Of a stretch of DNA of 64,000 bases, positions 39,069 to 48,407 are shown piece after piece. The DNA is from Deferribacterales bacterium (GTDB lineage: Bacteria; Chrysiogenota; Deferribacteres; Deferribacterales; Geovibrionaceae). Position 1 is the first letter of the stretch. Every line of letters begins with the position of its first letter. The notes beneath the pieces are model-generated. The model saw only the letters and a list, made by a program, of their open reading frames with translations. It had not been told where the DNA came from and ran no database searches. The stretch is taken from positions 277,458 through 341,457 of the forward strand of contig JBFWJS010000003.1 of the NCBI GenBank assembly GCA_050253075.1, read 5' to 3'. The translations under genes and the position numbers were made by a program.

Positions 39069-40136
39069 ATGAAAATTTTAAAATTATTTGTTTTATCGCT
39101 GATCATGCTTTCTGTTACGTCGGCTAACCTTTATGCTCAGGATACTCTAAAGGTACTGACATGGGAAGGCTATGCCCCGAAAGCACTCGTGGAAAAGTTT
39201 GAAAAAGAAACAGGCATCAAGGTCGAGCTGACATATTCCAACAATGAGGAAATGATAACAAAGCTCAGAGCGACAAGAGGCGCAGGCTTCGACATCGCAC
39301 AGCCGTCACAGGACAGGATCAGCTCTGTTCAGGAAAAATACAATTTATACAAAGCCATAGATTATTCCAAGATCAACTCGGATGCGATAATCACATCTAT
39401 GCTCGACGCTGTGAAGAACAACACAAAGGTCGGCGGTGAATCCTTCGCAGTGCCGTTCTGCTACGGCACATCGGGCCTGATCGTTAATAAGAAGCTCGCT
39501 CCTTATGCAAAGGACTACAGCGACCTTCTCAACCCTGCATACGCAGGCAAGATATCCTACAGACTTAAGAGACCTACGCTAATCGCCCTCGCATTTGCCA
39601 GAGGCGACAATCCTTTCGCCAAATATGACAGCACAGAAGAGTACACAAAGCTCATGGAGCTCGTAGAAGCTGACCTAGTGAACGGCAAACCGCTGGTCAA
39701 AAACTACTGGGCAAACGGTGATGCACTCCTCGGAATGCTCAGAAGCGGTGAAGTTGTCGTCGCTATGGGATGGGACGGAGGCGGATGGAAGCTGCATAAA
39801 GAGAATGCAGACATAGACTTCGTAGCCCCTGCCAGCGGTGCTCTCGGCTGGATAGACACATTCGCTATCCCTGCAAAAGCTAAGAACATCGACGGAGCCT
39901 ACAAATGGATAAACTTCATGCTCGCTCCTGAGAACGCAGGCTATTTCACAAACGACAGCGGATACGGCACAGCATCTGCCGACGCAGCTAAATACCTCGA
40001 CGCTGAGAAGAAAGACAACTTTGAGCGTTCTTTCACAAAGGCAGATATAGACAACATCAAATGGTATCCGCCGGTTCCGGCAGCACTCGAAAAAGTAGAA
40101 GGCAAAATACTTGATAAAGTAAAAGCAGCACAATAA
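39069..40136 (+). CDS. PotD-like ABC substrate-binding protein
   Basis: Signal peptide; LTWEGY, FEKETGIKV, W.DTFAIP. Confidence 0.88.
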   Translation: MKILKLFVLSLIMLSVTSANLYAQDTLKVLTWEGYAPKALVEKFEKETGIKVELTYSNNEEMITKLRATRGAGFDIAQPSQDRISSVQEKYNLYKAIDYSKINSDAIITSMLDAVKNNTKVGGESFAVPFCYGTSGLIVNKKLAPYAKDYSDLLNPAYAGKISYRLKRPTLIALAFARGDNPFAKYDSTEEYTKLMELVEADLVNGKPLVKNYWANGDALLGMLRSGEVVVAMGWDGGGWKLHKENADIDFVAPASGALGWIDTFAIPAKAKNIDGAYKWINFMLAPENAGYFTNDSGYGTASADAAKYLDAEKKDNFERSFTKADIDNIKWYPPVPAALEKVEGKILDKVKAAQ

Positions 40137-40202
40137 GTTTCTTCGTTTTGGGGGCGGTCGGCTTTGTCTGTCCGCCCTTATTGTTTTACAGGTTTGGTAA
40201 TA

Positions 40203-41273
40203 ATGAATGACAGTTTAGAGATTTCTTCGATAAATAAAGCCTTCGGCGAGTTTAAAGCCGTCGACGGCGTTGATTTTTCAATATCAGACGGGAAGTTCTT
40301 TTCGATACTCGGTCCTTCGGGATGCGGTAAGACGACCCTTCTGCGCATGATAGCGGGCTTCCTTGAACCTACATCGGGGAGCATCAGGATAAGAGGCAGA
40401 GAGATGGTGGGTATCCCGCCGAATAAACGCCCGGTAAATCTCGTTTTTCAGAATCTGGCACTGTTTCCCATGATGAATGTTGGCGAGAATGTCGCATTCG
40501 GGCTGAAGCGTCAGGGGATAACAGGGAAGGAGATGCGACAGCGTGTCTCAGCCATTCTGGAAAAGGTGCATCTCGGCGGATTTGAGTCGAAAGACGTATC
40601 ACAGCTTTCAGGAGGGCAGAAGCAGAGGGTGGCGATAGCACGTTCCCTTGTGCTCGAGCCTTCGATACTCCTGCTGGACGAGCCGCTCGGTGCACTCGAT
40701 CTGAAACTGCGTGAACAGATGAAGATAGAGCTTAAAAAACTTCAGCATGAGGTCGGCACGACATTCATGTATATCACCCACGACCAGTCCGAAGCACTCG
40801 TTATGAGCGACATCGTGGCTGTGATGAACCGTGGGAAGTTCGAGCAGATAGACACTCCGCAGAATCTTTATGCAAACCCGAAGACGAGCTTTGTTGCGGA
40901 GTTTGTCGGCGAAACGAACAAGTTCGACATTCAGCTCACAAACGATGCAAAGACAGAGGCTGTGACATCCGCAGGGATTAATTTTAAGATAGACTGCATA
41001 GACTCCTGCCCGAACAGGAACGGGACTCTGTTCATCAGACCCGAGGCTGTGGTGCTTATGGCGGATAAGTCTGTGGACAATATGAATTTCTTCGAACTTG
41101 GCATTAAGACTGTCCTCTTCGACGGTTCTAATACTAAGGTCTTGGCCGAGATAAAAGGCACAGACCACGAGATGATGGTTGCTCTCCCGCAGAACCGCCA
41201 TTTTGCCCACATTCAGCCGGGCGATGTACTTCAGGCGGGTGTGGATATAAAGGACTGCCGCTGTTATGCTTAA
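40203..41273 (+). CDS. PotA-like ABC ATPase
   Basis: GPSGCGKTT, LSGGQKQRVA, LLDEP. Confidence 0.92.
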   Translation: MNDSLEISSINKAFGEFKAVDGVDFSISDGKFFSILGPSGCGKTTLLRMIAGFLEPTSGSIRIRGREMVGIPPNKRPVNLVFQNLALFPMMNVGENVAFGLKRQGITGKEMRQRVSAILEKVHLGGFESKDVSQLSGGQKQRVAIARSLVLEPSILLLDEPLGALDLKLREQMKIELKKLQHEVGTTFMYITHDQSEALVMSDIVAVMNRGKFEQIDTPQNLYANPKTSFVAEFVGETNKFDIQLTNDAKTEAVTSAGINFKIDCIDSCPNRNGTLFIRPEAVVLMADKSVDNMNFFELGIKTVLFDGSNTKVLAEIKGTDHEMMVALPQNRHFAHIQPGDVLQAGVDIKDCRCYA

Positions 41274-42123
41274 AGGTGTCAGACTCGGATTCATAATATT
41301 CTTTACGCCTATATTCCTCTGGCTCTTTCTGCTGATAGTACTGCCGAATCTGGAGCTTCTGCTCATGTCGCTGAAGGCGGAGAACAGCGCAGGGGATATG
41401 GTCTGGTCGCTGGCTAACTATGCAGAGTTTTTCAACGAGCGTGTATACTGGCTGACATTTGTGCGGGTTGCCGTGTATTCGATACTTGTCACATTTCTTA
41501 CATTCATCGTGACGTTCCCCATAGCGTTTTACATTACTAAGATAGCATCGGTGAAGCATAAAGGATTCCTTATGATACTGCTCCTCATACCTTTCTGGGT
41601 TAGTGAGCTGGTGCGGGTTTACGGATGGATGATCCTTTTGAGAGAGAGCGGGGTGATAAACTATTTCCTCGTGAGCCTCGGTCTGCTGAGTAAACCTGTA
41701 GAGATGCTCTACAACGACGTCAGTATGATAATGGGGCTGGTCTACACATCCATGCTGTTTATGGTTGTCCCGCTGATATCGTCTCTGGACGGTATGGACG
41801 ACAGCTACATAGAGGCCGCCCACGACCTCGGCGCATCAAAGTGTGTCATATTCTTTAAGATAATCATCCCGTACACTGCCCCGGGGATAGTCTCGGGCTC
41901 GATAGTTGTTTTTATGCTCACACTGGGGAACTACCTCACGCCGAACCTGATGGGTGGGAAAAACTCGCTCTGGTTCACCGAGCAGATATATAACCAGTTC
42001 ATCGCCAGCTTCAACTGGAATCTGGGTGCGGCTTTCGGTTTCCTGCTCCTTGTGCTCTCTTCATTCATAATATGGCTCAGTCTGAAGCTGACAAGGCAGA
42101 GCCTCGCAAAGGCGCTGTCATGA
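41266..42123 (+). CDS. PotB-like ABC permease
   Basis: IPFW...LVR.YGW; EAA..LGA loop. Confidence 0.9.
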   Translation: MLKGVRLGFIIFFTPIFLWLFLLIVLPNLELLLMSLKAENSAGDMVWSLANYAEFFNERVYWLTFVRVAVYSILVTFLTFIVTFPIAFYITKIASVKHKGFLMILLLIPFWVSELVRVYGWMILLRESGVINYFLVSLGLLSKPVEMLYNDVSMIMGLVYTSMLFMVVPLISSLDGMDDSYIEAAHDLGASKCVIFFKIIIPYTAPGIVSGSIVVFMLTLGNYLTPNLMGGKNSLWFTEQIYNQFIASFNWNLGAAFGFLLLVLSSFIIWLSLKLTRQSLAKALS

Positions 42124-42974
42124 TTCGCTCTCTGCCGAGATCAAAAACATACAGAGCAGGGTTTAAGCTGTATGTTATTCTGTTTTATATATTTTTGTTT
42201 GCACCTCTGGCTGTGACGTGCGTTCTCGCTTTTAATAATTCAGACTTCCCTTCACTCCCGTGGAACGGATTTTCCCTCGACTGGTTCTTCTCCGACGAAT
42301 CGCCGAGGATCGGTATTTTTCATAATACGACGATGCTCAGGAGCATCTGGATAAGTTTACAGACGGCATTTTTCGTTTCGATCTTTTCACTGGTCACGGG
42401 CACAATGGGTGCTTTCCTCTTCGAACAGGAGCAGTTCCGCTTTAAGCAGGCTTTGTATTTCTTCGCCCTTACGCCTCTGGTTATCCCGGGGGTTATTCTC
42501 GGCATATCACTGCTCTTGATGAGCAACAGCACAGGCATGTTTATCGAGGATAGGTTCGGCATAGATATTGGTTTTTTACGTCCCAGTTTCTGGCTGGTGG
42601 TGATAGGCCAGTTTTCATTTATTACTACTTTCGTCTTGCTGGTGGTATCGGCGAGGCTGAGGAAATTTGATAGATCGTTGGAAGAGGCCGCTCTGAACCT
42701 CGGTGCGAACAGGCTGGATGTCATCTGCCATATCACGTTGCCTTTTCTGCGTCCTGCGCTCATAGGTGCGGGGGCTGTGGCTTTCCTCATGAGCTTTGAG
42801 AATTTTAACACCACGCTGTTTCTCATCGGTTCGGATACTACACTGCCCATAAACCTCTATCTACAGGTGAGGGACGGCAGTTCGCCTATAATAAATTCCA
42901 TATCGTTTCTGCTGATATTATTTACATCGTTATTGGCGGTTGCTAAACTTTTCATATCCAGAAAAGGTGAGTAA
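42120..42974 (+). CDS. PotC-like ABC permease
   Basis: EEAA.NLGA, F.MSF..F, TLP. Confidence 0.9.
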   Translation: MIRSLPRSKTYRAGFKLYVILFYIFLFAPLAVTCVLAFNNSDFPSLPWNGFSLDWFFSDESPRIGIFHNTTMLRSIWISLQTAFFVSIFSLVTGTMGAFLFEQEQFRFKQALYFFALTPLVIPGVILGISLLLMSNSTGMFIEDRFGIDIGFLRPSFWLVVIGQFSFITTFVLLVVSARLRKFDRSLEEAALNLGANRLDVICHITLPFLRPALIGAGAVAFLMSFENFNTTLFLIGSDTTLPINLYLQVRDGSSPIINSISFLLILFTSLLAVAKLFISRKGE

Positions 42975-43790
42975 ATGTTTTTCAAAAACTGCTTTAAAAA
43001 GGTGCATCTGGTCGCTGCCCATAGGGGCGTCAGTGCTCTCCGTGCGGAGAACACAATGGCTGCTTTCAGGCTTGCTTCGGGGCGGAATGATTTCGTAGAG
43101 CTGGATGTCGGTTTCAGCAGAGAGGGCGAGGCTGTGATAATCCACGACTCCACCCTTGAACGAACATCAAATGCAAAAGACCTCCCTTTGTTCACAACTC
43201 CTTATAATGTCACAGACTATACATTTGAAGAACTGCGCAGTCTGGATATCAGCTCTTGGTTTATAGCTTCCGACCCTTTCGGCACTATCGCATCAGGGCT
43301 TGTTTTTGCTGAGGAGCTCCGGAGCCAGCCTGTGGAGAGGATGCCGACACTGCGTGAGGCACTGGACTATTTTAAGCGTGTTCAGATGCCTGTGAATGTA
43401 GAGATAAAGGATATGTCGGGGACTGTATTTGGCGAGACTGCCGCTGAAAATGTTGTGAAGATAGTGCTGGATGCAGACTGCTCTGAGCAGGTGGTCATTT
43501 CATCTTTCAACCACGAATATCTGAAACAATGCCATAGACTTGCACCCGATATCTCAACTGCAGCACTTGTCGAGGGGGAGCACCCCGCAGACCTCACGGA
43601 TTATCTTTTATCCCTTTATGTCGATGCATATCACGCCGAAAGCAGTATGTTGGACAAGGCTGTCGTGGATGCCGTAATGAGCAAAGGTATGACGGTAAAT
43701 GCTTACACTGTGGACAGCATGGACGAGATGAACAGGCTGTTCCGAATGGGCGTTTGTGCCGCGTTTTCAAACATTCTTAAATCTGTGTAA
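42975..43790 (+). CDS. Glycerophosphodiester phosphodiesterase
   Basis: AHRG, ENT, ELDV, HD..L.RT, NVEIK, SSF. Confidence 0.9.
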   Translation: MFFKNCFKKVHLVAAHRGVSALRAENTMAAFRLASGRNDFVELDVGFSREGEAVIIHDSTLERTSNAKDLPLFTTPYNVTDYTFEELRSLDISSWFIASDPFGTIASGLVFAEELRSQPVERMPTLREALDYFKRVQMPVNVEIKDMSGTVFGETAAENVVKIVLDADCSEQVVISSFNHEYLKQCHRLAPDISTAALVEGEHPADLTDYLLSLYVDAYHAESSMLDKAVVDAVMSKGMTVNAYTVDSMDEMNRLFRMGVCAAFSNILKSV

Positions 43791-43850
43791 GATGTCTGTT
43801 AACCGTTTAATCTTTATATATTATTGTCGAAATTTGTGCTAGTATAGAGC

Positions 43851-44390
43851 ATGGTTATATGGAAGATAATTTTAAAAATCATTCAAATTTTGAACAGTGA
43901 GGAAACACCGAATCAGGTGGCACTAGGCTTTGCCCTTGGTTCTGTGATAGCTCTCACCCCGTTTTTCAGCCCGCATAATCTGCTGGTTCTGCTGATCATA
44001 ATGATCACACAGGTCAGCTTCCGCAGTGCTGTTCTGGGTTTTACCCTTCTATTTATACCTAGCTATGCGCTGTCACCCATAGCAAACGGCATCGGACTGT
44101 CTCTGCTTACAGATACGCCTGGGATGGTGCCTTTCTGGAGGTCATTCTTTGACCTGCCACTCATGGGCTTTTCCCGCTTGAATAATTCATACACACTGGG
44201 AAGCCTCGTGTTATCACTGATACTCTTTATACCTATATTCATAGGTGTGAGATATTTTGTATTCCGCTATAGAAAGGATCTTAAAGATAAAATAATTGCT
44301 TCGAAATGGTTCAAAGCCCTCTCGGCTACAAAAATTTTCATCTGGGTAAAAAAGGGATACGATATCCTCGGGAAGGGCGTCTATGAATAA
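43851..44390 (+). CDS. TIGR03546-like membrane protein
   Basis: LNSEETP.QVALG, NNS..LGS; paired with the downstream gene. Confidence 0.75.
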   Translation: MVIWKIILKIIQILNSEETPNQVALGFALGSVIALTPFFSPHNLLVLLIIMITQVSFRSAVLGFTLLFIPSYALSPIANGIGLSLLTDTPGMVPFWRSFFDLPLMGFSRLNNSYTLGSLVLSLILFIPIFIGVRYFVFRYRKDLKDKIIASKWFKALSATKIFIWVKKGYDILGKGVYE

Positions 44391-46200
44391 GATTATAAGA
44401 ATTAAGGGACTGCTGATATGGGTGGCTGTTGTTGCTCTTATTGCAGCTTTTTTACTGATATTTCTGGATGTCATTCTGAAAAAGACATTTATCAGCACAT
44501 CTGAAACAATAAATAGGGCGAAGGTAGAGCTGAGCACTCTGGAAACAGGGCTCATGGATACCTCCGTAAGGTTAGACGGGCTGGAATGGTCTGACAGAGA
44601 GAAGCCAATGCGCAACCTCTTTGCCTTCGATACTGCTACTTTTGACCTTGACGCAGGACCGCTTCTCCGCAAAAGGCTCACTATAGACACTGTGTCTGTG
44701 GACGGGCTGCGCTTTGACACAGAGAGAAAGACGAGCGGTGCTATTTCGAAATATGAAAAGAAAGATAAATCCGAAAACAAAGAGGAAAAATCTGATACAG
44801 GCAAAAAACTTCTGGCAAATCTGAGCATAGATGTTTCAAAAGTTATCGACATTGAGAAAATTCCCGCTGTGCAGGAAGCCCGCAGGATGAAAAATCTTGC
44901 AGAAAAGAAAACTGAAGAGTGGAATCAGCGCATTAAAAAAGCCGCTGATACACAAGAGCTGCAAGTAAACTATGAAACTATACGGAAAATAGACGTTAAT
45001 TCCTATAAGTTTCCTGCTGACTTGATTAAAGCAAAGAACGACGCAGAAACTGTGCAGAAATTCATAAAACAGGTTCAGGCAAAAAAGGACGAGGCGGACA
45101 GCTTAGTCAAAAACTTTGAGGCCGAACAGCAGAATATAAGAAACGAGTACGCAAACCTGAAAAAAATGTCTCAGAAGGCTCCGAAGGAGCTCCTGATGTC
45201 TGCGGATTCCAGCCCGATAGACTCCAGAGCTATCATGGAAGAGCTGGTCGGTAAAAAGATGACTGAGACTGTGACCACCGCCGTCGCTCTATACAGGAAA
45301 TATCACCACATGATCCCTATGCCTGAGAAAAACGGTGACAAGCCCGAAACAGTGAAGCGTGTGGCGGAAAAGGGTACAAACGTATATTTCAAGACACCAG
45401 GCGAGACACCTAGGGTTTATATTAAAAACATGCACCTTAAGGGTCAGATGAAGAACGGCGATGTGCTTACAGGAGATATCAAAAACCTGAGCACCGACAT
45501 TTCGTTTAAACCTTATGAACTGGCGCTGAATCTGGCTAAAGGGGCAGACGGGAGAACATTTTTCACCCTTGACGGTCAGGTGGGCGTTGTGGAGGATTCT
45601 CTCAGCACTTATCTGCGTATAACTGCAGCAGGGTATCCCGTGGCAGAGATAATCAAACCTGAGGAAAACAGCTATCTGAAAGGTGTTTCAGGCAATTTAA
45701 ATATACAGGGGCAGATAAAGGGCACAGGCGAGAGCTTTAAGCTGGATATGCGCCTTACAAGCCCTGCTATGGGTATGGAAATAAACAGCGACGGAATGGA
45801 TAAAACTCTGGCGGGACTCCTTTCATCTGCACTCGGACGAGTGGAAGATTTCACTGCTGACCTTTCCGCCGAAGGTAAACTTGATGATTTCAGCGTGGCA
45901 ATATCCACAAACCTTCAGGACATCATCAGCAGAAATGTGAAAGGATACGTAAACGAACAGCTTAAGAAAGTAAACGACGAGATACAGAAACGCTACGCCG
46001 CAGAGCTTGACAAAGTTTTCTCATCGTCAGACGGCATCATAGGCGGCATGGCTCTGAACGACACCAGTAAAAACAGCCTGAAAGAACTCGCATCACTTAA
46101 CACCGGCGCAGCCGAAAAGAGCGACCTCATCAAAAAAGCGATCTCAGGTCAGTCCGGCTCCGGAGCACTGGACAAACTGAAAGGTAAACTTCCTTTTTAA
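44383..46200 (+). CDS. TIGR03545-like (AsmA-related) protein
   Basis: N-terminal TM; PMRNL, PLLR, F.T.R.TSG motifs; coiled-coil middle. Confidence 0.75.
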   Translation: MNKIIRIKGLLIWVAVVALIAAFLLIFLDVILKKTFISTSETINRAKVELSTLETGLMDTSVRLDGLEWSDREKPMRNLFAFDTATFDLDAGPLLRKRLTIDTVSVDGLRFDTERKTSGAISKYEKKDKSENKEEKSDTGKKLLANLSIDVSKVIDIEKIPAVQEARRMKNLAEKKTEEWNQRIKKAADTQELQVNYETIRKIDVNSYKFPADLIKAKNDAETVQKFIKQVQAKKDEADSLVKNFEAEQQNIRNEYANLKKMSQKAPKELLMSADSSPIDSRAIMEELVGKKMTETVTTAVALYRKYHHMIPMPEKNGDKPETVKRVAEKGTNVYFKTPGETPRVYIKNMHLKGQMKNGDVLTGDIKNLSTDISFKPYELALNLAKGADGRTFFTLDGQVGVVEDSLSTYLRITAAGYPVAEIIKPEENSYLKGVSGNLNIQGQIKGTGESFKLDMRLTSPAMGMEINSDGMDKTLAGLLSSALGRVEDFTADLSAEGKLDDFSVAISTNLQDIISRNVKGYVNEQLKKVNDEIQKRYAAELDKVFSSSDGIIGGMALNDTSKNSLKELASLNTGAAEKSDLIKKAISGQSGSGALDKLKGKLPF

Positions 46201-46283
46201 TAAATAAATCTAATCTATGAGCCATGTGAACGGCTCTCTTCTGCTCTTTATACTATTTTCGCATGTTTCCGTTAATTCACCTG

Positions 46284-47957
46284 TTAATCTTTATCCGGCC
46301 ATATCTTCAATGTAGTATAGTATGTGTTTTTAGAGCACAAATTTAGTAAAGTACCGTACTGGGACTGGTCAGTATAATACTGTATGATCCTGTTATTTGG
46401 GATGTCGGCAACCATAAATGTCAGGCAAACCCAGCTTTTATCAGCTGGTTCTTTATAGTCGATCTTTCCAGTGTCAAGGTTTACAAGGGCGAGAAGGCTT
46501 TTTGTACTGCTAGAGAAGACGCTATGTTTTTTTGCATCATTATAGGATAAATAGCTGGTGTTAGTGCTATTATTTTGATAGCCGAATAAGTGATTGGTCA
46601 TTGCGTAAAGCACTTTTGACACTGCATGCATACCGGATGACCATCTGCTCGCCCCACCGCCATAATAAAATCTGCTGTCGGCTGCCGATTTGTCTGTTGC
46701 ATTCTTATATTCATAGTTGATGTACTGAGACTCATAATCCAGCACGGTTGCTGCCTGCTGCATCGCAGCTCCTATAGCGGCTCCTTTTGCTATACGGTCT
46801 GTTATAGGGTAGAAATCACCGGCTTTCCAGATCACTCCGTTTGTTTCGGTATTATAAAGAATGGAGCTTCTTATACTGTTAATAAGTAGATTGCCTTTGT
46901 AATTTATCGGAACAGTATTAGCGTATCTGTAGTCGGTATACTTGTCCATGATGGTTTCTGAGCCATTTGCAGTGTTAAAACTCACTAGGTGGTTATAATA
47001 ACCCCAGAATAGCTTGTTTTTTATTAATGCAAATGTTTGCCAATACTGGGGATGCTCTATTTCTCCTTTTCTGCGTTCCCACATTAATTTCCCACGCTTA
47101 AAATCGTATGCCATCAATGTTGGGATCAGACCTTGATTTACTAGTATATAAAAAGCTTTATCATCACTTTCCAGATGCAGAACCTGATCAAACTGTGACA
47201 TTTTCAGCTCTGTTGTCATTTTTTCTTCTGGAATTAACAGCATCCCATCTTTGGTGCTGATAAAAAGCTTATTATTATTGTGGAATATTTTATTAATATT
47301 CTCATTCCTGACTATTTTTGAATTTGCTATGACGATAGTGCCTAAGTCTTTGCCGGTAATTGTGTCTATGGTATAAATACGATTGCTGTTAAAATAAAAG
47401 GCCCTATTATCTGCAAGAAAGAGGGTATCGTCATCAATGTTTTTCATCGGATAATCTTTTGTCCATGTGATTTTGCCTGTTTTTACATCCAGTCCTGAAA
47501 GTTTGACATGGTCTTGATTTAGATAATTAAGGACAACAGTTCGTGTCGTTTTGTCATAAAAATAGAAGTATTTGTCTGTTAAATTGAGCTCCCATGCTCT
47601 TTCCGCATTATTATTGAAGCTGACTAACTGCCGTATATTATTGTCTTTGTGAACTTCATAAAAGACCGGCTGATCACCGCCAAACAGAGGTGCCATAGCG
47701 ATCTGATTATCTTGGGAATTGTGATGTATGGTTTTGCCGCTTTTTGTAATAACGAAAACTTGACCTTGGTTAAAGTGTAAGTCTAATCTTGCTAAGTTGG
47801 TGTCAATAATAACTCCCCTCATAACCTGCTGTCTTTTACCTAGATTTTCTTCTGCTATAATGTCTGATTGGTTTAATGACATAGTTACCTGCTTAGTGGC
47901 AGCGCATCCCATCATCATAAAACTGCAGCAAAGTGCTACTATTCCCAAATATCTCAT
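46284..47957 (-). CDS. Lipoprotein with PQQ-like beta-propeller repeats
   Basis: Lipobox MMGC; repeated D.KTG...W blades; AT-rich. Confidence 0.65.
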   Translation of the reverse strand: MRYLGIVALCCSFMMMGCAATKQVTMSLNQSDIIAEENLGKRQQVMRGVIIDTNLARLDLHFNQGQVFVITKSGKTIHHNSQDNQIAMAPLFGGDQPVFYEVHKDNNIRQLVSFNNNAERAWELNLTDKYFYFYDKTTRTVVLNYLNQDHVKLSGLDVKTGKITWTKDYPMKNIDDDTLFLADNRAFYFNSNRIYTIDTITGKDLGTIVIANSKIVRNENINKIFHNNNKLFISTKDGMLLIPEEKMTTELKMSQFDQVLHLESDDKAFYILVNQGLIPTLMAYDFKRGKLMWERRKGEIEHPQYWQTFALIKNKLFWGYYNHLVSFNTANGSETIMDKYTDYRYANTVPINYKGNLLINSIRSSILYNTETNGVIWKAGDFYPITDRIAKGAAIGAAMQQAATVLDYESQYINYEYKNATDKSAADSRFYYGGGASRWSSGMHAVSKVLYAMTNHLFGYQNNSTNTSYLSYNDAKKHSVFSSSTKSLLALVNLDTGKIDYKEPADKSWVCLTFMVADIPNNRIIQYYTDQSQYGTLLNLCSKNTYYTTLKIWPDKD

Positions 47958-48162
47958 GATCGAGCTCCTGCAAAAAATAACTCATTGATATTACTAATGT
48001 ATTAATAATATCTGTATAGACGCTGAGTCTAGATTTTTACAATTAAATAATTATGTTATTTAATTGTAACCTGTTTAATACTTAGATGGCTACTAAACTA
48101 TTTAATGTGCTGGATGTGTAATGAATGTTTTCGACTGTTTTAGCCGTTTTGTTTTGAAAAAT

Positions 48163-48198
48163 AAAAAACGGATGCAGCTTTAAACTACATCCGTCTTA
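48163..48198 (-). terminator. Terminator downstream of the tRNA 3' fragment
   Basis: Minus strand GACGGATGTAG-TTTAAAG-CTGCATCCGTTTTTT. Confidence 0.8.
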
Positions 48199-48203
48199 TT
48201 AGA

Positions 48204-48225
48204 GTGCCGAGAGGGGGACTCGAAC
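48204..48225 (-). mobile_element. att site: duplicated 3' end of a tRNA (probably tRNA-Leu)
   Basis: Minus strand GTTCGAGTCCCCCTCTCGGCAC = T-loop plus acceptor 3' strand, with no upstream tRNA body. Confidence 0.85.
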
Positions 48226-48407
48226 TGAAAAACGTATAGGGAACAGCGGGAAATAGAAGGGGCAAAAGTGAATAACTACAAACACTTTACTCGACATGCT
48301 ATTTCCCGCATATTCCCGCTAATTCCATCAATCTGTCAGAATTCTGTCAGAATGAAATTCAATATGTTATGATTTAATAAATATCATTTTTGATTTATGA
48401 GGCTTGA

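Noticed and set aside
48204..48300. Intact tRNA gene
   Set aside because: Only the T-loop and 3' acceptor strand are present; upstream sequence cannot form the remaining arms
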